NCBI RefSeq assembly: GCF_009914755.1
Contig: NC_060927.1
Length of the DNA: 64,000 nucleotides
Reading direction: 5' to 3' (one strand)
From: the human T2T-CHM13v2.0 reference genome, Homo sapiens
The position numbers and the translations under genes are program-made. The notes under the pieces were generated by a model. The model saw only the letters and a program-made list of their open reading frames with translations, ran no database searches and was not told where the DNA came from. Position 1 is the first letter of the stretch. The number at the start of each line of letters is the position of its first letter. Positions 27,343-41,560 of the stretch are shown piece by piece.

Positions 27343-27449
27343 TCAGGCTGACGGCTAACTTCTGCACTGATCTGCAGACATTGCCCGATATGTGTATTAT
27401 CTCACCGCTGAGCACCCTCAAACTCTCTTAGTGGTGGTTTGTCCTTTGA

Positions 27450-27665
27450 GAGTATAATTTGGCAGTTTCTATGAATTTTCAAACTATGCACACCCTTCAG
27501 CCCAGGAATTCCACTTCCCATCAGTTTTTCTACGAATATTTACATATGCAAAAGCTGTACAACAATTTTTATTGCAGCAGTTTAATAACAAATAAGGAAG
27601 CAACAACAGAAATAAGCTTACAGCCCAAAAATGAAGGCTGGTTAAATAATAGTCTATCCACGGAA
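27450..27665 (+). mobile_element. Old L1M fragment
   Basis: aatttggcagtttctatg...atgcacacccttcagcccaggaattccacttc...tttattgcagcagtttaataac. Confidence 0.6.
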
Positions 27666-28337
27666 GACTGCACCAACAGCCTTCAGTGACCCAGCAATTC
27701 ACTGGCTTAGTGAATGGAGAAGTCCAGAAGAGAGGGGGTTTCGGGTTCCGTTCCATCAGTCCTCTGCTGTGTTGGTTATTCTCTTAGCTCTCCTCTCCTC
27801 TGTGTGCCACCTGCATCCTTTGTTGACCTCTCTCATCTATGGTGGTTCCAGGCCTGTCATCCACACACAGCCCAGCTCAGAGTGAGCGGGAGAGATCTTC
27901 TCTCCTACAGCTATTCAGAGACATCCTGGGCCGCAGTGGGATTGGAGCCCTCCTGAGCTCATTGCTGAGGTTTACACCTCCCAGGGCCCTCCCCTAGAGC
28001 TGCTGATGAGGTCAATCCCACCCAGATTCCAAGGCTGCTCCCCAAGGCGGAAGGGGCAGAGTGGATGGGTATGGGTCGGGGATGGGGGAGCCACCCAGTT
28101 TGGCTGGCCAGTATGGTGACCATGTTCTAGAAAGCCACCCTTAACTCACTGGGGGAAAAGGATGTATGGGGAATAAGAGTGGATGGAAGCAGGAAGACAA
28201 GTTAGGAGGCGGTTGCTATGGTGCTGACCAGAAAGGGAGACGGGCAGAGAGTCACAGGGTGCGATCGGCAGGGCTTAGGGCTTGGTCACCACCTAAACTG
28301 CATTGGGAGTATTGAGAGGGGTTTCAACAAAGCCAAG

Positions 28338-28536
28338 ACCAGGGTGCAAAATTTAAGGGGATGTCGAAAAACTCAGTAATCAAGATACATAATATTTCAA
28401 TGCAATATTTTTTAAAATAAAAAGGAATCCAAACATTTATGATGTATGAAATACTAAAAATTCACATAAAGACAGAAACTGTGACTGGGCATTTTCCTTT
28501 TTGGCCTCAGTCTCTAAAGTGGCTCGGCACGGCACT
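28338..28536 (-). mobile_element. ORSL (hAT-Tip100) DNA transposon fossil
   Basis: gcaaaatttaagggg...aactcagtaatcaagatacataatatttcaatgcaatattttt...gtggctcggcacggcact. Confidence 0.75.
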
Positions 28537-28969
28537 CACTGGAGGATGACCAACAGGTTACAAAATTGTGGTGCTTAAAAAAAGTTACTGGGATAAAGAA
28601 TTGGTTTGAGGTAGAAGTTGGTGGGCTTTCTTTTAGCTGCTACAGGTATGTTCAGGCCTCTTAAACTGCAGCTGAGATCCATTTAGTGTAGGAATAAAAA
28701 ACAGTTCCTGAGATTGTGTGATCAGAGAGGGAAAAGAGAATTTTCGCTCAACACTGAGACCACCTAATTCACTGTCTTCTCAAAATGCGCTGTAATATTC
28801 ACTTAGCTTCCCCACATCAAATGGAATGTGGCAGGAGGGAATTCCGGGAAAGAGCCCACTGCATAAGCAATGTAAGTCGTGGATTACACCATCCCAGATC
28901 TCCAGCCAGGGGCCTAACCTGAGCTGTGACAGTCATATAATTACACTCTTGTATTCATTAATTCACCAA

Positions 28970-29270
28970 CTTCCCCTCCTACTTCTGCTCTTCTTCTTCC
29001 TCCTCCTCTCCCTCCTCCTTCTGCTCTTCCTTCCTCCTCCTCCCCCTGCTCTTCTTCTTCCTCCTGCTCCCCCCTTCTCTTCCTCGTCCTCCTCGCATGC
29101 GTCAGGATGCGGAGTTAGGAAATGATGATGATGATATTGGTGAGAAGAAGGGGGAGAACAACAACATGCAGGATGAGAAAAAACAAAAAAGCTGAGAAGG
29201 AGAAAGGAAAGAAAAGGAAAAAAAGAAGAGAAAAAAGAGAAGGGAAGAAGAGAAGAAACAGGAAACAGTA
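28970..29270. repeat. Pyrimidine-rich (CTT/CCT) tract followed by a purine-rich tract
   Basis: 28970-29095 is C/T-rich; 29140-29270 is G/A-rich. Confidence 0.85.
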
Positions 29271-29384
29271 CTAAGTAGAGTCATTGTTTTTTTAAATTAT
29301 GAACAAACTATTCTATGTGAATTTTAGAGTCGAAAACTGTTCTCCTCCCCCACTGCAGACTACAGCGACAAACCTAGAGAATGA

Positions 29385-29736
<352 letters not shown>

Positions 29737-30331
29737 TAGTGAGGAAAGAGGCATAAGTCTAAGAGATATACCTGCCCTCAGCTGATGCTCCCAACAGGTG
29801 CCCTAGCTAGAGGAACAGGAGGTGTTTCCTGTGCAGAGGTGGTGTTTGCATCGAGCCTCACAACTCCACAGCTTGGCTCTATAGATGCTCATTAAGTTCC
29901 AGGGAATAAAAATATTATAAAGGTTAGTGGCTAAAGGAAATAACTGCTATCTTTTCTTTAAAAGAAAGAAGAAAAAGCCCACCAGTAATGATATCATTGC
30001 TACCTTGAATCTCAAATTTAGGTATAACAATGGGTCTTAGACAAAAGACATGGCCTGGAGGACTGAGCCAGATGGAGCAAGTTGGGCAAGGAACAGAGTT
30101 TCTTCCAAGTGAGGCCACTGAACTGTGAATGTGGTCACTAGAAGAGGCAACTTCCCTGTAAATTCAAAGTGTGCTGGCATTCCCATCACTAGGGACCACT
30201 CCTGGGCCCTGGAGTCAGAATCACCATGATCAGCAGCCCGTGAGGTGGAACTGCTTTCACCCCGTGGCTAGGAATTGTCCCAGTCCCTCAGTGGGCCAAA
30301 GAGGAGACCTTTTCAGGGGAAAGCCCGTGCA

Positions 30332-30437
30332 TTTGTGTCTATGCCTTGTTTTGTAAAGAATCGTTTCAAGTTGAAATTATTTTTAATTAAAACAATAAAA
30401 CCCCACTGGTATAGTTTTGATGGCACAAGTTTGCACT
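30332..30437 (+). repeat. Dispersed direct repeat, copy A of a ~105-bp unique-sequence duplication
   Basis: Aligns to 31516-31620 with 8 substitutions and 1 indel (counted by eye). Confidence 0.93.
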
Positions 30438-30439
30438 GA

Positions 30440-30590
30440 CTAGTCTTGAACTGGGAGTCAGGAGGCCCCTTCCACTAATTTATTGGGTGACCTTGGGCAG
30501 ATGACATCCTCTTTCTGGAGCTCAGTTTTCATATCTATAAATTAGGGATGATATAGATAATATAATGTAGACCCCCTTTGGTTCCCAGAT
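30440..30590 (+). mobile_element. MIR
   Basis: actgggagtcagga...gggtgaccttgggcagatgacatcctctttctggagctcagttttcatatctataaattagg. Confidence 0.7.
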
Positions 30591-31515
30591 ATAGACGCAT
30601 CAATGTGCTATAAGAGATTCACCAAGCAGGAGAAGGAGGTGGGGACAGTTAAGTACATTTTCTGGGTCAACCTCCTGATTCTGATTCCATAGGTCCAGGA
30701 ACCTCCAGGCTGCTGCTGATAACCAGCCATTAAGTAATCCCTGGACTTAAATGACCTCTGCAGCCCTTTCTGGCCCAGGAAAGCCGGGGACAATCACTAA
30801 AAAAAGATATAACTATAAATTACATCAAAGTCATTTGGGGATAGAGCTTTCTTTGAAATGACGTGTAAAAGGAGGGCAGCGCGGCTCAGAGATTTCAGAA
30901 ATATTTCAAAAAGTAACACTCCTGATAGGAAATACTATCTACATAAATAAATGAAATGAAAAAGGCCTTTTTTTCCCCTTTAATTTCCCCTCAACTTTAA
31001 CTCCTTAAATTTCTACAGGAAGGGTAACAGGGGCAGAGAGTGAGGGAAGTCTATCTCCCTGACAATTCCCTAAAGTGATTTATTGTGGAGGTCACAATAG
31101 TCCCTGTTTGGACCTGTTACAGTTTGCTAAGCTCCACTAAGCTTAGGTAGTAGGAGATCCTTCATTGGAACACTTGTGTTGAAGGGAGGAGGAGGAGGAG
31201 AGGAAGAAGCCGCCACTGCTTTGTTTTTAGCTCTAGAGCTGCCTGAGGCCTGGTCTCAATCCTGGGACACGGTTCTGTTTGTCTTCCTTTTCTATTCAAG
31301 TTGCTGATGTTCCAGGCGTTCTCTGCCCCATTGCTCAGTGTTTGTTTATGGCAGCCAAGTAGAAAATTGTAATGTCTGTAATTGTTATTGGTTTGCTGAT
31401 TGTGTGACCACCTGGTTGGCTGGATTCCGGACAAAGGCAGTAAATCCTGCTTTAAGGCTAAAGCTGTGTACTTTAGGAGGAGGAAGAGGAGAAGGGGAAG
31501 TTTGGAGGTCTTTTG

Positions 31516-31620
31516 TTTGTGTCTGTGCCTTGTTTTGTAAAGAATCATTTCAAGTTGAAATTATTTTAATTGAAACAATAAAACCCTGCTAGTACACTTT
31601 TGATGGCACAAGTTTGCACT
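31516..31620 (+). repeat. Dispersed direct repeat, copy B
   Basis: Partner of 30332-30437. Confidence 0.93.
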
Positions 31621-32233
31621 AGAAGAAGGCCTTCTTTTTTTTTTTTTGCAATGAAATGCCCTGAAATTGAGGAATTCCTCAATAAACAACTTCATACTTG
31701 ATTTGCTGTGTATGAAGTTGGATGTGCAGTTTCCAGATGTTTTCCAAAAGGCCCTGTGCTCTGAGGTACACAGACTGCTTCGAGACATCCCTCTGGTCTG
31801 CAGAGATCCCACAGCTGTTTTAGTAAAAAATTATTTTCTTTTAATTTCATAAAATGCCACATTCAACATGCACCTTTCATCCAGAGAGACCCTAAGATGT
31901 TCAAAGGATTCAGAATTAGCGACCCATCCCCTACCCTCTGGAGTCATACACAGAAAATATTTAACATCTGTACTGCTATACCACCCAAAAGTTTTAAATT
32001 GAAGGAAGATGTGTTTCTTGCACTAAATTACCAGAGGAATTTTCAAAGTAGAGCTCAGTTACCTAGGTTGGTCAGGACGTCACTGCAGGAAAACCCTTCT
32101 TTTTCTCAAAGCGCTGAGGCGCGATGAATGAGCAACCAGCCCTTTCCCTGCCTCTTGCCCCAGAGATGGCACTGCAGGCGGTACCGGTTTCCAGCACTCA
32201 ACTGGCTCTGGTGTGGTTAATAATAATAGTATT

Positions 32234-32661
<428 letters not shown>

Positions 32662-32916
32662 TTACTGTCCTGATTTTATAGAAGAAAAAAACTTACAAGG
32701 CTCAGAGAGTTAGTTCAGTTGTTGAGTCAAAGATCACAAAGCCAGGAAGTTAGAATTTAAATCCCGTTTTGTCTGCCTTGCATCCATGCTATTTGTCACC
32801 ATGTCCCACTTGTCCTGATGCTACAAGGTGCTGAGGTATGTCCTCCGACAAATAGTGCATCTTACCAAGAACCCGGTGTGTGCAGAGTTGTGGGTTATGA
32901 TCAGAAGTGGAGAGGA

Positions 32917-33211
<295 letters not shown>

Positions 33212-33347
33212 GTGGGTAAGAGAATAACCAAGAATAACCAAGAATAACCAATCCTACCCTTACAGAGCTTACTAACAAGGTGACCCATTGCCCCAGTGTG
33301 TGCCTCAGACCGTCCCAGCTTTAGCATCCAGAGTCCTGTATGCCAGG

Positions 33348-34079
33348 TATGGGAGGCGGAATTCTAGGATGACTCTCCAAATTCCCTACTGCACATACAC
33401 CTTCTCCAGTTATTGAATCAAACCTTAAATCTAGGTGTTATTATGAAGGGAGTTTACAGATGTAACTAAGTTGACTTTAAGATAGGGGGATTAGCCAGGT
33501 GGGCCTGACTTTATCAGATGAGTCTTTTAAACCTGGGTCTAGAGGTCAGAGACGTAAGGCAGAGAGATTTGAAGTCTGATTCCACACGGCTTTGAAAATG
33601 GAGGGGGTCACACAGCACGGAATGTGGTTGACCTCATCCAGTGCTTACAGTACCCTGGTCCTATTATGCCCTTCTTAGACATGAGGAAACTGAGGCACAG
33701 AAGGTTCAGCTTCAGGTCCAAGGTCATATAGCCAGCGCGGAACAGCACTGAGATTGGTGGTCAGACCTTGGAGCCACAAGTCCGTGGGAGGCCCCTGCAC
33801 ACAGGCGGAGCTGGGAGTGACCTCCAGCTGACAGCTGGTAAGGAGATGGGGGCCTCAGCCATATAGTGCAAGAAACTGCATCCTGCCCACCGCCTGTGTG
33901 AGCCTGAAAACGGATTTACTCAGCCTGGCAGACACCTGAATTTCGGCTCTTTTTAGACCCTGAGCAAAAAGCCCAACCACGCCTCGCTTGGACTTCTGAC
34001 TGACATATAGAACTGTGAGCTAATATGGGTGTTGATCTAAGCTGTCAAGTTTGTTATGCAGCAATAGAAATGTAATATA
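33348..34079 (+). mobile_element. MLT1E-family solo LTR carrying a 178-bp internal insertion
   Basis: ccagttattgaatcaaac...ctaggtgttattatgaagggagtttacagatgtaac...agaactgtgagctaat...gttatgcagcaatagaaa; 5-bp TSD ccagg/ctagg. Confidence 0.85.
33633..33810 (-). repeat. Inverted 178-bp copy of 34702-34879
   Basis: Ungapped reverse-complement alignment, 10 mismatches in 178 (counted by eye). Confidence 0.95.
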
Positions 34080-34701
34080 CTAGGAAACCCTTCAGCCCCA
34101 GGCAGACTGGAACAGTTGGTCACCCCAGATGAGCACAGACCATGTGACCCCTGTGTGTCATGGGAGGCAGCTAGAGGGTGGGATAGGACAGGAGGGAAAG
34201 GGCTGAAGGCACTTTAGGAGGAGGACACCAAATAAGCAAAGACAGAGAGACAGGAATACGCAGGGATGTCAACCAAGATGCCAGCAAGGTGCCAACTGAG
34301 AGGGTTAAGTGCATAGGGGCAGAGGCTTTGCAACTTCAGCATTTGAAAAGGGTCTGTTCTGGGGTCATGAAGATGGCAATGATATTAGCAGCCTGTGCTT
34401 ACAGTTTTTTCGTTTCTGTCATTCTGGCACTGATCCAGTCCAACCTCTTCCAGGAACTCTGAACTCCCTGAAGGCAGGGCTGTGGCTTACCCAGCTGTGC
34501 AGCCCTAGCACCTAGCACAGAGTCTGGGGCGGCATCATTTTGTATTCAGGAAGTGCTCAATCAAGACATGGATGAATGGCCTATTGTGGACAAAATAATA
34601 CCACTTTAGGACAAACTTGAGGCCGTGACATCCCAGGGAATGCTAAGAGGTTGAAGGGTTGACCTGCCATGCTGCCACCCCGCCTCCCTTGGGATCTGAC
34701 C

Positions 34702-34945
34702 CTCCGCCTGTGTGCAGGGGCCTCCCACGGACTTGTGGCTCCAAGGTCTGACCACCAATTTCAGTGCCGTTCCACGCTGGCTATATCACCCTGGACCTGA
34801 AGCTGAACCTTTCGTCCCTCAGTTTCCTCATGTCTAAGAAGGGCATAACAGGACCAGGGTACTGTAAGGACTGGATGAGTCAATACGACATGTCAAGCTC
34901 TTAGAATGCAGCTTGGCGTGAATTTCAATGTTTAGTTGTTATTAT
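34702..34945 (+). mobile_element. MIR (probable donor of the inverted copy)
   Basis: cctcagtttcctcatgtctaagaagggcataac...tgtcaagctcttagaatgcagcttggc...gttattat. Confidence 0.75.
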
Positions 34946-34980
34946 CGTTAATTTTTACTTTATTTTTTATTTTTATGTAT

Positions 34981-35280
<300 letters not shown>

Positions 35281-35298
35281 AACTTGTATTTTAAATAG

Positions 35299-35745
35299 TG
35301 ATGATGGGTCTCCTTCGACCAGAACTTTAGCTGGGCTCCTCTGGGTCCTCTGCTTGACTAGGCCCTACCTTGGCTTCCTTCCCTGTCCTTATAGAAGCCA
35401 GTCTGAGCAAGAATCCTGCCAAGTCAGTTTAGCAAAAGTCTCCCACTTTTGGTATCTCATCACCCTGGCCGGCCTTCAGCAAGACTCCTATTAAGTCAAG
35501 TCAGCCAGAAACCCCTTATCTGTGATATTTCCTCTTAGTAATTTCCCATCCATTGACCCCCACCCTGCTTCTTGGTTAGAAGTCTCCACCTGTCCTCGTT
35601 GCAGCTGGAGTTGAGTCCCACCTCTCTCCCCAGCTGCAAGACCCCATTGCTGAAGTCCCTGCACCCCTTGTCTCCACGGCTCCCCTTGAAGAAAGTTGAC
35701 CTTAGCATCTTGAACAAGTGTTTGAATAAATTTCTTTCTTTAACA
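35299..35745 (+). mobile_element. MER31-family solo LTR (ERV1)
   Basis: ctccttcgaccagaactttagctgggctcctctg...gagcaagaatcctgccaagtcagtttagc...aataaatttctttctttaaca; TG...CA ends; TSD ATAG at 35295-35298 and 35746-35749. Confidence 0.8.
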
Positions 35746-36712
35746 ATAGTAATGACATATTTGCTGCCAAAATTCAGATGGAGACACTTCGTGCACCCTG
35801 CCCCAGCCCAAGGGCGTTTTCATTTTACTCAAAGATTCTTGAAACCACAAAAACCTTTTAGGACCCAACGGGAAGACTGCCCAATGGAGGTGGGTTCGAC
35901 AGAGACGTCCCCAGGATGAGTAAACCTGGCCCTCTAGCTGGGTGCTCCTCAAAACACACCAGCCTTGCTGCACCTGGAGTTGTTGAGAACTGCAGAATCT
36001 CAGTCCTCTTCCAGGCAGCCTGAGTCAGAATCTGTATGTTCACAGGGTCCCCCGGGAAAGGCACCGGTCTAGACGAATTCCTATCAGCCCTGCATCTGGG
36101 CAACGCGGAATCTCTCTGACCTTTACTTACGATTTGCTTTAAAAGTTAAGTGTTTAAGCACATAGGCGAGCCAGACCAGAGAACTCTCAGTTGGCAAGAG
36201 ATAACCTCATTTCCAGGGACAGCTGGCTCTCTACGTGTTTGAACAAACTGGCATTATCCAAGAGCTCTAATGGTCTGAAGTCAGGCTTAAAACTCAGCAA
36301 AAATAAACTTTCCAGGAAATTTTTGGCACACCCAGTTTCCAAACCCATCATCTCAGGAATGTTATCCAAGCAGTGGCCTCTTTCCCCACATCTAACTCTA
36401 TTTCCAGTTGGGACAGTTCTTTCTCTGGCCTTGAACTGACAAAACACACACAAATGAGGGAAAACAGGGAGGCCACATTTAGTGTGGGCCTTTAGATAAG
36501 TCTCCGGGAAAGTCCATAATCTCATTTTGGCACTATTAGTGTTTGGCTTCTTAAGGCAAATGTTATTTTAAAAGAATGTCTTAAACCTGAGGGACGTGTG
36601 CTCTTGGTCACTGGGGTTCAAAGAGGTACACTTGTGAGGGCGAGAAGTAGAAACCACCGTCTGTCCTTCTTGCGGCTGTTGATGCCATGTTCTTTGTTGC
36701 CTCACTTCTCCC

Positions 36713-37160
36713 TTTTTTTTTTTTAATTTTATTATTATTATACTTTAAGTTTTAGGGTACATGTGCACAATGTGCAGGTTAGTTACATATGTATACATGT
36801 GCCATGCTGGTGTGCTGCACCCATTAACTCGTCATTTTGCATTAGGTATATCTCCTAAAGCTATCCCTCCCCGCTCCCCCCACCCCACAACAGTCCCCAG
36901 AGTGTGATGTTCCCCTTCCTGTGTCCATGTGTTCTCATTGTTCAATTCCCACCTATGAGTGAGAATATGCGGTGTTTGGTTTTTTGTTCTTGCGATAGTT
37001 TACTGAGAATGATGATTTCCAGTTTCATCCATGTCCCTACAAAGGACATGAACTCATCATTTTTATGGCTGCATAGTATTCCATGGTGTATATGTACATT
37101 TTCTTAATCCAGTCTATCATTGTTGGACATTTGGGTTGCTTCCAAGTCTTTGCTATTGTG
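36713..37160 (-). mobile_element. Young L1PA (L1PA2-like), 5'-truncated 3' end
   Basis: ttattatactttaagttttagggtacatgtgcacaatgtgcaggttagttacatatgtatac; TSD tgcctcacttctc at 36698-36710 and 37159-37171. Confidence 0.95.
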
Positions 37161-37352
37161 CCTCACTTCTCAAGTGAGCGGAACACCCAAATCTTCCTTG
37201 AGGATGAAAACTCAAATTAGCCACGTCTGTTGAACCTGTTTACAAATCCTTCTGAATGGACTGTTGTGTGATAGCCACTATAGGAATATGAGAAGGCACG
37301 ATTCCTTCACTCAGGAAACTCCCAGCCTAGAAGGGACATCTTCTGTTTGACT

Positions 37353-37649
37353 TATTATTATTATTTTAAGACAGTGTCTCATTCTGTTGCCCAGGTTGGA
37401 GTACAGTAGCGCTATCTCGGCTCACTGCAACGTCCGCCTCCTGGACTCAAACGATCCTCCTGCCTCAGTCTCCTGAGTAGCTGTGATTACAGGCATGCAC
37501 CACCGCACCTGCTTAATTTTTATATTTTTCGTAGAGACAGGGTTTTGCCATGTTGCCCAGGCTGGTCTCAAACTCCTGAGCTCAAGCAATCTGCCTGCCT
37601 CAGCCTCCCAAAGTGCTGGGATTACAAGCGTGAGCCGCTGCTCCTGGCC
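37353..37649 (-). mobile_element. AluJ
   Basis: Antisense dimer with J-type positions. Confidence 0.92.
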
Positions 37650-37709
37650 TCTGTTTGCGTCTTTAGCTGCACATCTCCAGATGTTTGTAACGCATCAGTC
37701 AGGGTCTAT

Positions 37710-38450
<741 letters not shown>

Positions 38451-38567
38451 AGGTTTCCAGCAGAAAACAGAAGTCACATTTGAATTAGGATATTTCAGGG
38501 AAAGGTTAATGAAAGCACTAGTTATGAAGATATAAGCAGAGTGGAGAGAAACAAGAGATACAGTTTC

Positions 38568-38945
38568 TGATATGGTTTGGATTTGTGTCTCTGCCCAAAT
38601 CTCATGTCAAATTGAAATCCCCCGTGTTGGAGGTGGGGACTGGTGGGAGGTGCTCGGCTCATGGGGGTAGATTTCCCCCTTGCTGTTCTCATGATAGTGA
38701 GTGAGTTCTCATGACATGTGGTTGTTTGCAAGTATGTGGCAGCTCCCCCCACTTTCCTCCTGCTCCAGCCATGTAGGATGTATCTGCTTCCCCTTGGCCT
38801 TCTGCCATGATTGTAAGTTTCCTGAGGCCTCCCAGCCATGCTTCCTGTACAGCCTGTGGAACTGCGAGTTGACTAAACTTCTTTTCTTTATAAACTACCC
38901 AATCTCAAGTAGTTCTTTATAGCAGTGCAAGAATGGACTGACACA
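38568..38945 (+). mobile_element. MSTA solo LTR
   Basis: tgatatggtttggatttgtgtc...gattgtaagtttcctgaggcctcccagccatgc...ctttatagcagtgcaagaatggactgacaca; TSD gtttc/gtatc. Confidence 0.88.
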
Positions 38946-39726
38946 GTATCCCAAGGCTGCTGATAACATAGAAATTGTCACCATCTCCATTTGGAAGGAA
39001 CAAGACAAGGTTACAGGAACTCTGAAGGAGAGAAGAGTTCAGGGACAGCTCGCTTGAGAGGAACAGTCAGAGGGGACTATCCAGCAAGGAGGCAGCCAGG
39101 GAATAAAGGCCCTTAACTCACCCCCACCCCAGTCTCCTGCCAGAGCTTCTCACTGGCTGAGCCTAACAGGAGGCCCAAAGCCTAAAGCCCACACTGATAA
39201 GACTCTGGGGAAGAGAGCAGAGTGGAGAGTAGAGAGGACATCTAGAGAAGCAAACAGGAGACACATAGCATAAGAAATACCTACAATCTAATGCCAATAG
39301 ATTATAAAGTGTATTTCTACAAGAGGGAGATTTTAAACTATTTTCATGCAAAGTCCCAGAAATAGAAACATGATGTGGGAGAGAAGTTCACATCACCAGT
39401 AGTCTTCTGGATGTCTGGAGCCCACTTTATCTTGAGGCTTAAGAGTAGACTCCACAGTAGAGTCCTTGGCTGTTGGAAAGGAAGTTGTCCACAAGAGCAA
39501 TATAGACAGAGACTACTCAGTCTTTGGGCACTGATAGGAGTTGTTCCTGATGGTGATGGTCCAACAGGAAGCGTGGTTGCTGTGGCTCCTGGACACCAGT
39601 GATGGGGTAGTGGGATGGAGACTTGCTGGGAGGGATCCTGGGGGGCTTGTGGGCACCACTCTGGCTGCCAGTGCCAGCCAGTGCCCAGCAGAGCAAAGCC
39701 TGCATGATCCCTGGAGGCTGATTCTT

Positions 39727-39803
39727 CTGTCTGAGTGGTCCCTCCAGGCCTGGTTCTCTCATCCTGTCTGAGTGGTCCCTCCAGGCCTGGTTCTCTCATC
39801 CTG
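39727..39803. repeat. Perfect 37-bp tandem duplication
   Basis: ctgtctgagtggtccctccaggcctggttctctcatc x2, plus ctg. Confidence 0.95.
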
Positions 39804-40454
39804 AACACCACAAGCTTCTCTCCCTCATCATATTCCCTCCAACTCTCCTTTCCCCCAGTCTGGTTAATCCTTATCTCATCTGGGGTAAGAAGGCCCAGTT
39901 TTCAATCTATTCTTCCAAATCCATTATTTATTGTATAAAATGTAAACTCAAAAGTCCAGGTTCTTGTAAGTCCACATCCTTGATTTCTGCAACTCAAAAG
40001 CCAAGGCCTGGTGTGTTTATTCTCTGCATTCTGCACAGGTGTGCCTTCCTCGGGGTATATTGTATGGAATTTGGCCCTAGCAGTTTTGGGGGTCGGAGAA
40101 GATCACAAGGCTTGTGGCGGAGTGGGTGGAGGGGTGTCCCAGAGGAAAAGTATCGTCTATCTCCACTGAAACAAAGAGGTGTAAGAACACAAAAGATCAC
40201 TTATGGAGTGTCCAAGAAAGATTTCATCTGATACTTTGAAAAATCAATAGACTTTCAACAGAAAGAGATGAAAGAAGCATTCTGAACAGACAGAAGATCA
40301 TGAACAGGAAAATTAAAGCATATCAAGAAAAGATGTAGTTTCATTTGTAAGCTGTACAGGAGTATTTGCATGTAGGGGAAAACAATTCTAGAAGAGGTCA
40401 GGTCATGAAGGACCTAGACGGAAAGCTTTCTTTTTGCATTTAAGAAGCCACAGA

Positions 40455-41560
<1,106 letters not shown>

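Larger units (their letters stand above)
33277..34126. mobile_element. MER81 (hAT-Blackjack) MITE split by the MLT1E LTR (halves 33277-33347 and 34080-34126)
   Basis: aggtgaccc...gtcccagctttagcatccagagtcc | ggaaacccttcagccccaggcagactggaacagttggtcaccc; termini are inverted. Confidence 0.7.

Noticed and set aside
27690-28060. Possible ancient ERVL/MaLR LTR fragment (similar sequence at 38450-39260)
   Set aside because: Too diverged to assign a family or boundaries by eye.
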